This document shows positions 11,690 through 25,367 of a stretch of DNA of 64,000 bases, piece after piece. Source of the DNA: Camelus dromedarius (lineage: Eukaryota); NCBI RefSeq assembly GCF_036321535.1, contig NC_087436.1, forward strand, positions 42,100,001-42,164,000, written 5' to 3'. Under the pieces are notes generated by a model that worked only from the letters and a program-made list of their open reading frames with translations, had not been told where the DNA came from and ran no database searches. The translations under genes were made by a program, and so were the position numbers. Positions within the stretch are counted from its first letter, which is position 1; the number at the start of each line of letters is the position of its first letter.

Positions 11690-14450
11690 AAGGCACTGGC
11701 AACCAAAGTTTGTAAAACTGCAGTTGTGTAGATCTTGTTCTGGAATTGCTTCAGGCTCACCAATCTGCAGTACAGGTAATCTATTCTGTCTTCTATTTAT
11801 TGGAAACCAGGATGTTATTTTATGCCTCCAATTTTCTAGCATCCTTCCATTTTCCACAAGTCTTCACAATGTATTAGCAGCAGACATGTGGACATCTCTT
11901 CCCCAAGTTCCCTCAGAACCGAGGCTCCAATCTGTCTGGGTCATCTGGAGCATCAGGTCCACTCTGTAAATTATCTCACCTCTCTTGCTGATCAATTCCC
12001 ATCTGATGACCTGTGCTCTGCCCTCTCTAGCTGAGGGATCATTTCCTTGACAAAGCAGCTAAAGCTCTGTGAAGTGAAGGAGCTCTGTTTCTCCCCTGTC
12101 GTCTGTTAACATTATGCCATCTGTCCCAAGCAGCCGGCTTATACTTACTTTTGTCTTCTCCTTGCTTTTAACATGCCGGAAAAAGCCCTTTGGTACTGTT
12201 GACATTTTTCTGAAGTCACATTTTATTCAGGCTTATAGATTTCCTGCTGTAATCTATGTAAGTTTACAGCACTTTTAATATTAGTTCTTGGTCATGTCAA
12301 CCAATTTCCCTGTCTTGTGCATGACAAATTCCACTCGAAGTCAATTAGAACGTATGTGTTAGTTAAAGTTCTAAAATATAAACCTGAGCTCTTGAAAGTG
12401 TTCTTTCTAGAAAGAGCAATGTCACTACACCTGCCCACCCCCACCTCCACACCCGACTTTTACTCATTCATGTTGGAATCGTTCATTAGCAGGATTTTTT
12501 TTGTTTTTTGAGTTCTCAATTCCTGCCAAACTACTTTTCCTTTTAAAGTCCCAGGATGAGATTCCATAAATATCATTATTCTTACCTATTACTATCCACA
12601 TTTCTCCACTTTCTGCTGCTCATGTGACTTTATCTGCCTGGTGTTCCCTGCTTTAGTTACCATCATCTGTGTCCAACATTTCCACATATCCAGCCATCAT
12701 TATCTGATGGTCACCATTAGGTCCAGAGTGCTAGCCCTAATTATAGTCCTGTGTTCTGAAAAATGAAAATGTCATTCAAGGTCCCTGTTATGGGTTGAAT
12801 TGTGTCCCCACAAAAATTCAAAAATGAAGTTCTAACCCCTCGTATATCAGCATGTGACCTAGTTGGAAAATAATGTCATTGCTGATGTAATTAGTTAAGC
12901 CATACAGAGTAGAATGGGTCTCTTTTTCAATATGCCCAGTGTCCTATAAAGAAGGAAAATTTAGACACAGACACACCCAAGGAGAGCCCCATGTGAACTT
13001 GAAGGCAGAGATCAGGGTAATTCATCTACAAAGCAAATAATGCCAAAGATTGTCAGTAAACCTAGGAGAGAGGCAAGGGACAGATTTTCTAAACAGCTCT
13101 CAGAAGGAGCCAACCCCACCAACACTCAGATCTTGGACTTCGAGCCCCCAGAACCATGGAGCAATACATTTCTGCTGTTTAAGCCGCTCAGTTCACAGTA
13201 CTCTGTTATTCCACTTCGGTAAGCCGATATACCAGTTACAAACACATCAGCTAGTATGCTTTTAAAATAATCTGTCTTCCAGATGAATCCTCATGATAAG
13301 AAAATTCCATTACTACAGGAACTTGTATATTTCCTTTGTCAGGTTTTTAAATTTTTTCCTAAAACCCATCCTCCATTTTCTCCATCTGGCTGGAAAGTCT
13401 TACCTCTGTGTAAATTTTACTTTCATTTTGTTTACTGCTTGGTCACGTTAGAGAGAGGATAAATAAGTTTCCTGACGCTCTTCATGTTTCCTTCACCAAA
13501 TTACTCGGCACTTTCTCTGTGATCGCCTTTCTTATTGTGATGTGATTATTTCAGCCAGACAGACAAAATAGTATTCAAGTCCATGAACTCAGGAGTTACA
13601 CTGCTGATTTTACATCTTTACTAACAATACAACCTTGACCAAGGTTTTTTAAAAATTTCTTCAGGCTCCATTTTCCTCATCTACATCTGATGATTTAAAG
13701 AAAGAAAGGGGAAAAAGAAAAAAGAAAACCTTACCCAGTAAGTTAGTGGAGATGACTAAACAAGCTAATGCATGGAAGAATCTCAGAGCACTAACAATGT
13801 ATATTTAGTGCTCAATAAAATTTAGTTCTCATAGTCTATGCACTCTAGTTTTTTTTTTAATTCAATCAAACAATTGTTTGGTTTTTTTTTTCTCTCTCCC
13901 TTCCCTCTTTCTACTTTTAGATTAAAATCCTACTGATTATATCAGCAATGTCTGGGTCACTGTTTTTTGTCCTTAGCAAATAATTCAATCCAAGTCAAGG
14001 ATACATTCTCATAGACTAAAACATGTCAAGGAAAACAAGTCCTGTGTTTCTACGCAGGAATCCTTTGTTCACTCCCAATTTTCTTTCTTCTGTAAAGTTT
14101 TAATCTTCCATTCTAAGAGGGAAAATCAAATCTATCTTCAAGCCTTCTAGTTTTCTACTCGGAAGTCCACACTTCCTCAGAGATCCCTTGCCAATTGATC
14201 TGGCAGTGGTATTTGTTCCAATCCAGACCAGCAGGAAGAAGGTCATTGCAAAAATTCCACCAGATACTCTGCCATGCAGACAATAATTAATGGGGGAGAC
14301 AACACCCCTTCCTCCTCATAATAGCCCGTCCACAAAAACTCACTGTACACACCAGTCATTACCTGCCTTGGGTGTTTTTCTTGGGGGCTGCCAACAGATT
14401 TCCTCAAAGATGTTCATGATTAAAAATCCTCTTTACTCTTTGGAAAAAGA
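11690..14450 (-). mobile_element. fragmented L3/CR1 LINE (ORF1, endonuclease and linker/RT remnants) interrupted by an MLT1 LTR and a MIR
   Basis: Minus-strand peptides KGFFRHVKSKEKTKVSISRLLGTDGIMLTDDRGETELL (about 12075-12190), YCRLVSL (about 11760) and FFLLVWIGTNTTAR (about 14200-14240) resemble CR1 motifs. Confidence 0.75.
12786..13235 (+). mobile_element. MLT1-type (ERVL-MaLR) solo LTR
   Basis: Typical start tgttatgggttgaattgtgtcccc and internal motifs gagccaaccc...ttggacttc...ccagaac...aatacatttctg. Confidence 0.85.
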
Positions 14451-14484
14451 AAGGCGGCTGCATTTCCTCTTTTTTTTTTTTTTT

Positions 14485-14920
14485 CATGCCATTTGTAGCA
14501 ACATGGATGGACCTGAAGATTGTCATACTAAGTGAAATAAGCCAGAAAGAGAAAGAAAGAAAAATACCATAAGATATCACTTACACGTAGAATCTAAAGA
14601 AATGACACAAATGAACTTATTTACAAAACAGAAACAGACTCACAGACATAGAAAACAAACTATGGTTATGGGTGGAGAGGGGGAAAGGGATAAACTGGGA
14701 GTTTGGGATTTGCAGATACTAACTAGTATATATAAAATAGATAAACAACAAGGTCCTACTATACAGGACAAAGAAGTATATTCATATCTTATAATGCCTA
14801 TAATGAAAAAGAATATGACAGGAATATATATAGGTATATATGTAACTGAAACACTATGCTGTAAACTAGAAACTAGCACAACATTGTAAACCAACTATAC
14901 TTCAATTAAAAAAAAAAAAA
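14485..14920 (+). mobile_element. L1 3' end with poly(A)
   Basis: ORF2 end (gcaacatggatggacct) plus 3' UTR ending aactatacttcaattaaaa; catttcctcttt repeated on both flanks. Confidence 0.9.
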
Positions 14921-16964
14921 GCATGTCATTTCCTCTTTAGCTATCTCAGTTCTGCTCACGTGAAAAGGAAGGTATTGGTCATACAGCATTGGTGGTTCAA
15001 AGCTTCTCTCCTTTCTCCTCAGCGTTTCTAGTCACTAGCAAAGTTTCCCTGATTTCAGTGCCTTCATCTTCCCCATAATTCCCCCTGCTTTTTAAATTCA
15101 GGTCATTTCTTACGTGCTCTCTGGGAATATTTCAACCTCAGTAAAGAAATCTTCCTCAAACCCTCACAAGTTCTTTCCCTTCCTTCTCTTTCCCTTTGGC
15201 TGTTAAATTCAGACATCCATAATAATCTGCCCAGTGATTAGCACTAGTCCCCGAGTTATTTTTTAATCACAAAATGCAAACACAGATGTAATCAGCCACA
15301 TCACAGCCCTGCAAAAATTTTTTTGAACAAATTTCTGTTTTCTTAAATTTAAAAAAGTCTGCTTCTCCCCTCTTCTTGGCAGGCCTTTAACCATTTCCAG
15401 ATTTAAAAGAAAGAAAGAAAGAAATCAGTTACTGATAGCAACGAATTAAATCAAGAAAAGACTTCCCTAAATTTGTCATGCAGTATTGTTGGTCAAAGAT
15501 AGTCCTGACCTGAAGTCCCTGTTTCCCACTTTTCTTTCCTTGAAGACTGCCACGTGCCTGATGATTTAATAATCCTGTTCCTGGCATGGGGAGGTATATG
15601 AAAGGACATTTGGATGAGACTAGCAAACTCATTATTCACATCAACCTAAAATGTGATCCCTTGAATTCTAGCGGTGAAAGGTTAATGGTTTAATTCACTA
15701 GACTCCTTTGAATTTTAATTAAAATTATAAAAAAGATCTTGAATTTCAGTATGACCTGGAGCTTTCTATATTGACTATCAGATATGTCATCAAAGCTCAA
15801 TCTCTTATGTGCAGTAAATGAAGAACTCTGACAATACTTCTCATTTACTTCTCATGAATTTTATTCTGTAAACACTTCTGGCAGTGCATCACAAATGATC
15901 ATCCTTCTTCTTTAGTGGGCAGTGCTACACACTATCTGTCAATGAGCTATATGTACCACATCCCAAGAGTCAGACCCTCAGAATGATGCTGATAGGTATC
16001 TTCAGAATATGCAGTATGAAGCAAATTTGTATTTTCAATATTCAATAGAATATTCTTTATATGTGTTTATCTATTGCATGTTCCCTTTTCACCGTGCTGT
16101 GCTTAATTTCTTTAGATCTTAAAGTAAAGCCTTTAGGAAATTAAGTTAACTCTTTTTCCTTTTGTTATTAAATGTCAAAAGAACTGATCTCTTTGGAAAT
16201 CATATTACAAAGTACTACTACATACTAATAATATTGATAATAGCAAATATGTTGGTAATAGCATACCGCTAAACAATGCTTATTTTATGCCAGGCACTAG
16301 TCTAAGAGTTTTATGTATATTAAAACTCAGTTAATTCTCATAATAATCATATAAACAGGTACTATTACTGTCCCAATCTTCCAGAAGATGAACTTAAGGA
16401 CAAGGAAGATAAGTAAGTGGCCAAGCTAGGATTCAAAGCTGGGCATCTGAAACTAGAAACCACAATTCATTTTAAATAAAATCAGTTATTATCTCCAGAT
16501 CTCCATAGGCAATGAAACTTGGTATTTAAAACATGAAGATGTTTCCACTTAAATAAAACTTTATGCTAAATATGGTATATGCAATATTGTTAGACACCAT
16601 GGTGTGATGCTAAACATTGCAATTTGGTTTTCATACTATTATATATATATATAAAAGGAAGGAGAAAGGAAGCAGGATTTCAAAAATCAAAAAGTGGTTT
16701 AGTAGGTGCTCAGGAAAACAGGCAGTAGAGGAGGAGTGGCCCGGAGCAGCTGGGAAATGTCAGTGGGGGAGAGGGATCCATCTTTCAGCACACATATTAT
16801 GGGTTGTAGTCTCCAACATGCCCTTGGTATTGGAGCCAAATGCCATGTAATACCCTTCCATGGCTAGAGTTTTCTGATATTTCAGTGTTATTGTGTTATT
16901 GGGTGCATCATTGTGTATTCACATTATGTATATTCATATTAGTTCATATGGGATATAAATTTAC

Positions 16965-17039
16965 CTTGATTATTTTTTTCCTCAAAGATGGTAATAAATA
17001 ATCGTTCTTTTAACAATCATTTTCTAATAACCAACTTTG
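16965..17039 (-). pseudogene. candidate antisense relic exon (KLVIRK*LLKERLFITIFEEKNNQ)
   Basis: Acceptor gttttctag|, donor AAG|GTAAAT; 75 nt, phase 1->1; one TGA. Confidence 0.4.
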
Positions 17040-17275
17040 CTAGAAAACATCAATTCCATTTGATTAGGTATGCTTGCATTTATAATTATAAATTCAAAAT
17101 TCTCAGGATAATTCTAAATGATTAATTATTAAGCCTTATTACATTGTTTATACTAAAGTATGTAACTTATTTATATAATAAGTATGGTATTGCATATACT
17201 CTAGTGATGAAAATCCATCATGTTCTGAAAAACATTTCAAAAGTGATCTCACTGTCTGTCTTTTTCTTTTAACAG

Positions 17276-17370
17276 TATCTTTTAACAATGCCAGTGAGCA
17301 GACGGATGTAGAGACAATTAACACCCGGAAAGAACAGACGGAATCTGAATTGAAAGATTTAAGCCAGCAG
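17276..17370 (+). CDS. EFCAB14-like gene, exon 3 (VSFNNASEQTDVETINTRKEQTESELKDLSQQ)
   Basis: Strong pyrimidine tract plus aacag|, donor CAG|GTAAGG; 95 nt, phase 1->0, no stops; coiled-coil composition; NAS sequon. Confidence 0.85.
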
Positions 17371-18766
17371 GTAAGGACAGATTCATGGTTTACCAAGTCT
17401 AGATCTGTAGTTCGAAACAGTAGGTAGAGAGAAGATATGATTCAGGAGAAGGGGATATCTTTATTCTAAAGAAATGATCTATTAAACAGAGTACTATCTT
17501 TGAATTAAGAATGGACACTTACTAAACTGACTGACTTTGTAGAATCAGCTATCATGTTTTTTGTTTCTACTTTGCTTCTCTTTTCCCCTTCTGAGAAGCA
17601 TGAAAATCCAATTCTTTTTTACCCTGCTGATTTTTTGACATTTTCCATTTGGCAAAAAGGAATTTCTCTCCCTCCATGGCGTTTCTAATGGACCTGAAAC
17701 CGTATGATTAACATGGCTTCCTTCCTCACACTAGGCTTGGCATCAATAAGGCTTTCAGAAGTAACGTGTACATCTCCTCAGATCAAGTGCTAATTTCTGT
17801 AAGTCCTAGCTGAAAAGCTGTTATACGTAGCCTCCCTCATTCGGCATGAGATCTGAGACGAAAATATTTTTGCTGCTTAGGTTTTCGCCTTTAAATTATT
17901 TAGAAGGAATTAAAATTACGTTAATGGAATACAAGATCAAGTTATGAAATGCTTCCTCTTGGCGGGGCGCTACTCCCCCTGACTTAGCACAAATGGGCAA
18001 TGTTTCAGGATTCCTAACCCTGCTGCAGAGTAGAACCATTTGGGGGACTTTTTAAACTGAAAAATATCAGTACTCAGACCTACCTTCCGAAAGTCTCAGT
18101 CACCTGTTCTGGAGTAGCACCTGACATCAAGTAGTTTTTTAAAGTTCTCCAGGTAAAACTAATGTACAACTAGGATTTAAATCATAGGCTTATTCTACCT
18201 AACCTCATATAACTGAAATGTTAAAAAAAAAAAAAAAGGCATGGGTGAAATCAATGATTTGGGATCAAGTCACATGAAATATTTTCATTTAAATAGAAAT
18301 CCTTTACCAAGGTAAGGCAGTCGTGCTGATTCAACATTTCATGCTTAGCAAACTTCAACTTCATGACCAAAGCTTAAAATCAGTTCTAGTAAAGCAGTCT
18401 TTCTTTCTATTAAATATTTCTTGAGTGGCTAAGTGACTGAATAAATACAAACAGCAATCCTGTAGGATCATATCTTTAAAATAGGGTAATATCTTGTTTT
18501 TTTGAACTGTGATTTTATTTCTAATTCGTTTTACATGTTAAATGTGCTGTTCTGACACTCTTGGAAAACTGTCCAGGCTCTCAGATTTTTTCACGTAGGG
18601 AAACAGATATGTAAAATAGTCTATTTCAATATTAAGAAGCCATCCCCATAAAACTATCCCCCAACCTAAAATCATTGTCATTTCATCCTTGTACACACAA
18701 CTTTCCACTTCATCACCATATTACTCTAAAAAATGAACCGACTCCACTACATAGCAAGCAACTTAC

Positions 18767-18820
18767 CTGTCTTCCCATTATTTTTGATCAGGATATTGGC
18801 CTCAGAATCCTTTATCAGGG
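18767..18820 (-). pseudogene. candidate antisense relic exon (ALIKDSEANILIKNNGKT)
   Basis: Consensus donor CAG|GTAAGT; 54 nt, phase 1->1; weak acceptor. Confidence 0.45.
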
Positions 18821-19904
18821 CTTTAAATAATTTCTAAATTCATAATTTCACCAATTAAAGCAATCTGATAACTTAACTTGATTCAAAAGAATTTGAAAGA
18901 CGTTAACCACCTCAAATGCAAGTAAGTGTTGCATCTTCTCTCCTTCCCAATAATAAATGTGATTCTTTTGTTTTGGGCTTATTTTTCTCACTTGTCATTT
19001 TCTTAATTCAACAGATGCTTTGCAGCGCCAGGCACTGGTCAAGGAACTTAGGTTCACGATCCCTCCTTGTGGAGTGTACATTCTCATCTTTTAGTTCAGT
19101 GACAACTCAACAATTGGTTTCATCTTAGTATCTAAAAATTCCTATTCTAAGCAAATCTTGATCAGATGCAGTGTTAAAGATGTGTGGACATATTTTAAAG
19201 AATAGCAAATACCAGCTTCGCTGATGAAAACACTCACTCTACTGCCCTGAGAATCGCGAAGCTTGTCCGCATTGGAGACACCAGACCTGGGCACCCGTCT
19301 CAGCTCCGCCCCTTCCTGCCTGTGTGCCACTGGAAACGTTACTTCAGTTCTGTACCTCTCACAGTTTCTGTATAGACCAAATGGGAATAAAACTTCACAG
19401 AGTTGTGTTAAAATCCTGTAAAGCACCTACAACATCATTAGCCAATAGCAAGTGTTCGCCAAATCACGGTTAACATTAAATTGTAGATAACAAAGTTAAA
19501 AAAAAAAAAAAGTAGTCTCTATTTATAATGTTAGTAAATTAAAAAAAAAATAACTCTTGATGATGAGGCTCAGCAATCCTTTTTAGTAAAGCAAGCTAAC
19601 CACCTCTGATGCAATTGGGCTCTTTATTAGGGTTGGAATAATAGATTCCCTACTCCAGAGAGAATTTATGGCCAAGCCAGATTAGGTAATTCCTTTACTC
19701 TGTTCCCCTCTTACCTAGCCCTTTCCCTTCCCCTTCCCCACCCTTGTCACACTCATAATTATGTGATTCACATCTTTTTTACCACTTCACTGCAAGCGGC
19801 CAGACAGCAGGAGACGGGCTCTAGCATCTATAGCACAGTGCGTTTCCTACTGAATGCCCAGCACACAGCTCAGGGGCTGGGACACAATACATACACAACA
19901 AAAT

Positions 19905-20010
19905 TTCTTTTTATTTTTTTTTAAATTTTTTATTGATTTATAATCATTTTACAATGTGTCAAATTCCAGTGTTCAGCACAATTTTTCAGTCATTCATGGA
20001 CATATACAAT
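19905..20010 (-). mobile_element. short L1 3' UTR tip
   Basis: Poly-T followed by tattgatt...tacaatgtgtcaaattccagtgt...cagtc, the L1 terminal motif. Confidence 0.7.
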
Positions 20011-20228
20011 CTTTTTAATTGTAAAGCAATCAGTAAGAAATTTATAATTTGCCTCACAGATGTTCGGGGTTTTTTTTTCCACATAGCCTAAGTCATCTTT
20101 AGGAAATGTAGGTGCAAATATCCTGGAAAACAAAGCAGACCAGTTGTAACAGCTTGTATTTTTATCCATAAATTTGTTCTATCTGTTGTGATTTTTGTTG
20201 GTTTACTTACTTTCATTTTATTTTTCAG

Positions 20229-20327
20229 AGAATTGCCTCCATAGAAACTATTATTTCCAGAAATACTGAAGAACAGTCTGCTTCAGCTGAGAAAAATGAA
20301 ACTGGCTTTCCTAAAGAGACAAACCAG
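20229..20327 (+). CDS. EFCAB14-like gene, exon 4 (RIASIETIISRNTEEQSASAEKNETGFPKETNQ)
   Basis: Acceptor ttttatttttcag| and donor CAG|GTACTG; 99 nt, phase 0->0, open; NET sequon. Confidence 0.8.
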
Positions 20328-21908
20328 GTACTGTTACATGGGAACGAGGAATGAGCTGAGAGGAAAAGGCTGCAGCTCCCAGGGCTGCTGGTCAGTCCTT
20401 TCTTATGCCTTGTTTGTGAGGTTCTGGGCCAAGTCCTTCCATGAAATAAATACACGTTGAACCCTCACAAATACACTGTGATGGGCCTTCTATTACTGGG
20501 TCCATTTTGTCAATGAAGAAGCATGTGTTACATGAAGTTAAGGATTCTCTGGGGCACATGATGATAAGAAGGTGAAACTCGTCTCCTGTTCAGGACTCCC
20601 TGACCACATGTCATGGATGTCCTGAATATCTCATGAATGTCCTTTTGTCATCTTGATCCTGGGTTCAAATAAGAACAGCTTTACCTATATTACAAACAAA
20701 AAGTAGACTCATGAAGTAATCAAAATATAAACAATGGATATATTTTTTGCAGTTTGCCTAAAAAGATACCACAAAGAAATGTTTCATAATCACAACTTCG
20801 TTTCAAAGTGCAATTTTTTTTCCTCCAAGGTAGTAATGTTGAGGAGCTGTGATCTTTACAGTTAGAAGGAAAAATATATTCTGTAATATTACAAAGTCAC
20901 AGTCAATAGTAAGCTTGCTTAGGACTTCCTGAGATGTAGAAGAAAATAAAATGGTGTAGCAGAAATATTAGCAGTAAATATTTGGTAAATATTTCCACAT
21001 TGTTTGCAATATCCTTCTTTCAGGTACACAGACAAAGAATTGGTATATATAAACCAAAATAAGTAAGTTCATACATTCAGTGTTGTAACTGACACACTAA
21101 TATAAACGCTAGACTAAGCTTAAAGCAGTGAAAAGCTTCTAGCTAATTTACTGGGTAGTGTGAAAAGTTGCCTACTTAATTATATAAAGTCTCTAGTTTT
21201 AATGACCTCACAACAATTTGCAAGTTACAAATTTAGATATTATCAGTCCCTCAAGACTATAGTAAAGGGATGTGACATTAGATTAACCTCCATTCTCCTG
21301 GGGAACAAACTGAAACACGAGCAGGTGACTGATCCAAAGTGACTCTAATTGCAAGCAGAGCCAGAAACCATAAAGAGGCTCTCTTTTGCAGAATGTCCCT
21401 GACATTCCTACCCATCACATGCAGGTACTGAGAGCTTTGTTTCTCACCATTACACTATATCAGGAGTTGCTTACTGTTGAAAATGTGGTTAAGTAGTCTT
21501 ATCAAAAAAGAGGTTGAAATTTTGGTGAAAGAACTGAGGTGACATCAAGGATATTGAAAAAATCTAGGGAAAATGATGAAAGAACGGAGATATGAGGAAA
21601 GAGAAGATTATTCTTTCAAAAAAGGCACTGATGCCGTTCTTCAGAGTAGCAGCTTTCATTTCCTTAAAAACCTGCAGACTGTCCTAGTTTCTTTAGAAGC
21701 CATAACCTTCAACATGAGGATTGCTAGTCCATACCACATTGCTGCAAGTAAATGCTAGAAATTAATTTCTTGTGGATGTAGTAGCAAGCACAGTAAAGGC
21801 AATGAATTCTTAAGCTATGCTTTTTGATCAGCTTTGATACAGTCTTACTGCTCCGAATCTTCCCTCTTCACGTAATATCATTTCGTAAATCAACTGGGTA
21901 TATTTAGG

Positions 21909-21910
<2 letters not shown>

Positions 21911-21946
<36 letters not shown>
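21911..21946 (+). repeat. (TG)n microsatellite
   Basis: Seen directly. Confidence 0.95.
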
Positions 21947-21949
<3 letters not shown>

Positions 21950-22439
21950 TTCTCCAGAGCAGCCCAGTTCTAACCTTGGCTGTCCTAATGCTCTTTCATT
22001 TGGATGTACTTCGGATTAAAACAATTGCGAAGCACAAATATGGATTGCCAGCAAAGGTGACCTTTCTTTAATATTAGATTACAACATGTTTTTATAAAAC
22101 TGAAAGTTACCTTGGAGCATTGCTGTTCTAAACCTTGGTTAAAAGAACCGATGCTTCCCTAACTTATTTCTGGTCAAGACTTAACATTTAATTAGGCATT
22201 TACAGGGATGAATTGAAGAGTCTCTCAACTGATGCAAAACATCTTCACGCTGCTGTTGCTTGGCATTTCCTTTGAAGAAAACAGGTACCAACAAAAGAGC
22301 CAGTCACGCGTATTCATGGGGAAGAAGGTCATTCTACACAGACATGAAATGTTGGACTTTGCCAGTTCATGTGGTCTGGCTGGCTATTTTTAGAATCAGG
22401 TGGTGTCAACTCTTGGTTTCTCAGAGAACTCTAAGCTGG

Positions 22440-22690
22440 GTCGATGCCTGGTTTGAATCGCTGACAGCAGCCCCAGCCAGGTTATTGCCTCACAGTCTCC
22501 CCTGCCAGCTGCACGGCCATCTACCTGCCAGCCACGCGGTCACCGCTGCTGCCTCCTGGGGCTCCCAGCTGCCGAAAGACAGCCCCTGCCAGTCACACGC
22601 TGGGGCCTCTGGCCGCTCCACAGCGGCCCCTGCCGCCGCGCGGCAGCCCCTCACCTGTCGTAGCAGAGCTGCTGTCACGTGCAGAAAAAT
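22440..22690. promoter_or_regulatory. small GC/CpG-rich patch, possible regulatory element
   Basis: High GC with clustered CpGs in an AT-rich intron; contains CACGTG and several CAGCTG E-boxes. Confidence 0.4.
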
Positions 22691-22715
22691 CCTTCAGTGG
22701 GTTGCCTAAAATTAC

Positions 22716-22917
22716 CTTTCCCACACAGCCTCTTTTCCCTGGGTTTTTGGTTTGAGTGAGGTGTGGTGTAACTTTCTTCTTCTAGACAGTTTGTACATTT
22801 CACACAAAGGGATTCTTTTGCTGGAACGCGGACTGAGATGCTCTCGAATACGTATTTGCTTCTCACACTTTCGACCACAGTTTTATTGAACTTAATCAGG
22901 TCATTGAACATAAGCAA
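22716..22917 (-). pseudogene. antisense relic exon (LLMFNDLIKFNKTVVESVRSKYVFESISVRVPAKESLCVKCTNCLEEESYTTPHSNQKPREKRLCGK)
   Basis: Acceptor aatttag|, donor AAG|GTAATT; 202 nt, phase 0->1, open (ORF 22675..22917 -). Confidence 0.65.
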
Positions 22918-25367
22918 CTAAATTTTAAGTCTGGAATCCAGAGCCTAACCAAGGACAGGAACTTTAAATCATCTTCTACTAAATTATACAGAAAGGCATA
23001 AATTAGCGAGAGGAACTTCAGAAATCATAGCTCCTACACTTTTCAACTCCCCAGAGGGTAACAGTTTGGGCAAAGTTCTCAAAGTCTTGAACAAACTGTC
23101 ACTGAAAAATCTACATTTTTTTTTAAATAGTAGCCAAATACCTACTGGGTTCTAAGATATTAGAATAGATGGAGAGATAGAAAAATGCTCAAAATACAGG
23201 CTCTGTTCATAAGTAGTTTTCAATTTACTCTGGGATCACAATAACGTTTTACAGAGTATTGCAACACCAAAAATTCAGTTCTTGTTTAATTACACATTGT
23301 GCCCCACAGTCTGTGTGTACACACGTGGCCATGTGTTAAGGGAAGATAATTGGTTTCTACATCGAGCTATGAAGGCTTCTAAAAGAAATGGGTCTTGAGT
23401 TGGGCTGATTTGACTGGACTAGGGAATTTGTGGTAGAAAATGCTGTGCCCAGATTGTGAAACCTCTTGCATACCCAGGTTATGGAGACTGAATTTACATT
23501 GCCAGCAATGGGGTGTGATTGAAAATGTCTTGGGTAGAGGAGACACATGATAAACTTGGACAGGTTGAACCCTATGAATTTGTCCTTTTTCTGTTAGGTC
23601 AAAAGCATTCAGTATCTATACTTTCTTAAGGTTCAACCTAACATAAACGACAAGATGAGAAAAAAACAAAGAAGCTTTCTTTTTTCAAGAACTTTTTGCT
23701 CTATCAACTCATTTGCCAAATTACCCCCTTTAACAGTGTCTACTTTTTTAAACAAAGACATGAGTAAGAAAAAAAAGATAAGATAGAACAAAAGGAGAAG
23801 GAAACAAAAAGGCAGGAAATCAGGAAGAATCATGGAGCATCTTAAACGTTCTTTGACGAAGAAAAGTGACTATCTTCTTGGAAAGCTCCCAGGTTAATCT
23901 GTACTAACACTTCAGCTAGGTCAGAAGGAAGAGAGCAGTTCTGAAAAATATACCCACAGGCCCAGTTTGAATTGAATAAAATATAAGTTGGATCTTTTAT
24001 TTGTCCCTTCCCTCCCCAATTAGCTGTTATTTACATTTTCCAAACAAACAAAAACTAATTCATACTTTCAGGCTCTAAAGAAATTCTGGCAACTTGTTTA
24101 TTGATCTACTACTTGGAACTACAGTTCAGAGACTATCTATTAACTTGTGTTATATTTGATGGAAGAACTGAATTTTTCACTAAACTTCAGATGATACAAT
24201 TGAAATGCCAAGCATTTGGCTTCACAAAACATAAGCACAATGTCCTGCTGGTCTATAATCTTCACAGCTGGGACCATTTAACTCTCAGCCCATGCTCTTG
24301 GACCTCTCTGCCTTCACAAAAGAGAATCTAAGGAGCCCGGCTCAGGCATGAAATCAGCAAAATCTTACTCTCACTGTTGCCTGTGAACACCATGCAGAGC
24401 TTCCTGGGTGATGAGCTCCCCGTGCTGACTTCAAACACCCCATTCATTCGCCCACACTCTGCTGCTTCCTTCTTCTCTGCAACCACCCTTCTCCCAGCTG
24501 GACATTTTCTCTGGGTCCATTACAGAGAGAAATGCTACCTTCTTGCCCCTTCTCTACCCTTCTTTCTCTGAAACAACTAAAAGAAAACATAGAGGACACA
24601 ATATAATAGACAGTGTTGAAAATTACAAACAAAATACTAGTCACGACAACTGCAATAGTCATTCACGTTTTATTCAGATTACACTGGGTCTAGATAGGTC
24701 CCTGCATACGTTCTATCTTGTTCTTTCACTGGCATAATATTCTCCTATTTCCATGAAATTTGAGGTCCAGTAAAATATCTCTCATCTTCCTACTAAACTA
24801 TGAAGGGTCCTTTGTTCTTGACAAGAAACTCCAGTCTTGGTTTTTATAATTCTGAGACAGAAAATAGAACTGATGAGGGTTCAACTTTGTTAAAATATAC
24901 AAGAAGTTTCATTTTCACGGGCCAAGACCTCAGCCAATAGCCTGTATTTTAACCCTTGAACTTCCACTGATTGTCTGTACCCATCTTTGTTTAAAAAGAC
25001 ACAGTTTGTCTCAGATTCACTTTCCAAGCATCAAAACTCAAGTTCCTAGAGAGTCCAGGAAGATAATATAAAGGCATGGCAAGGAAGCCAGGTGTAAGAA
25101 AAATAAGGAGTGACAGGGACTGTGATGAATTGCAGGACATGTGCCTCATCTGAAGCGGGGCACACAAATACGTGCATAATTGCCTTGTAAAAAGCTGGGC
25201 CAATGTTTCCAGCCCTTTTAACTTCTTTTCAAATATTTTTATTTTGAGAAACCAATTTAAAATTATTCCAAACGTGACTCAATCAAATGACGAATCTTTA
25301 CAAATGCACCTTAAAAACATTCATTTTAATGGTAAGTAATTTAATGCAAATCAAGTAGGTCATCTGC

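Noticed and set aside
16886..16990. Hydrophobic phase 1->1 plus-strand candidate TM exon
   Set aside because: A better TM exon exists at 440-624; T-rich DNA gives hydrophobic peptides by chance; it overlaps a minus-strand candidate exon.
22260..22709. 149-aa plus ORF
   Set aside because: Explained by local GC richness; non-ATG start; no recognisable homology.
25249..25331. Plus-strand exon candidate with strong GTAAGT donor and NVT sequon
   Set aside because: All available acceptors require phase 2 entry and no compatible upstream exon was found; left unresolved.
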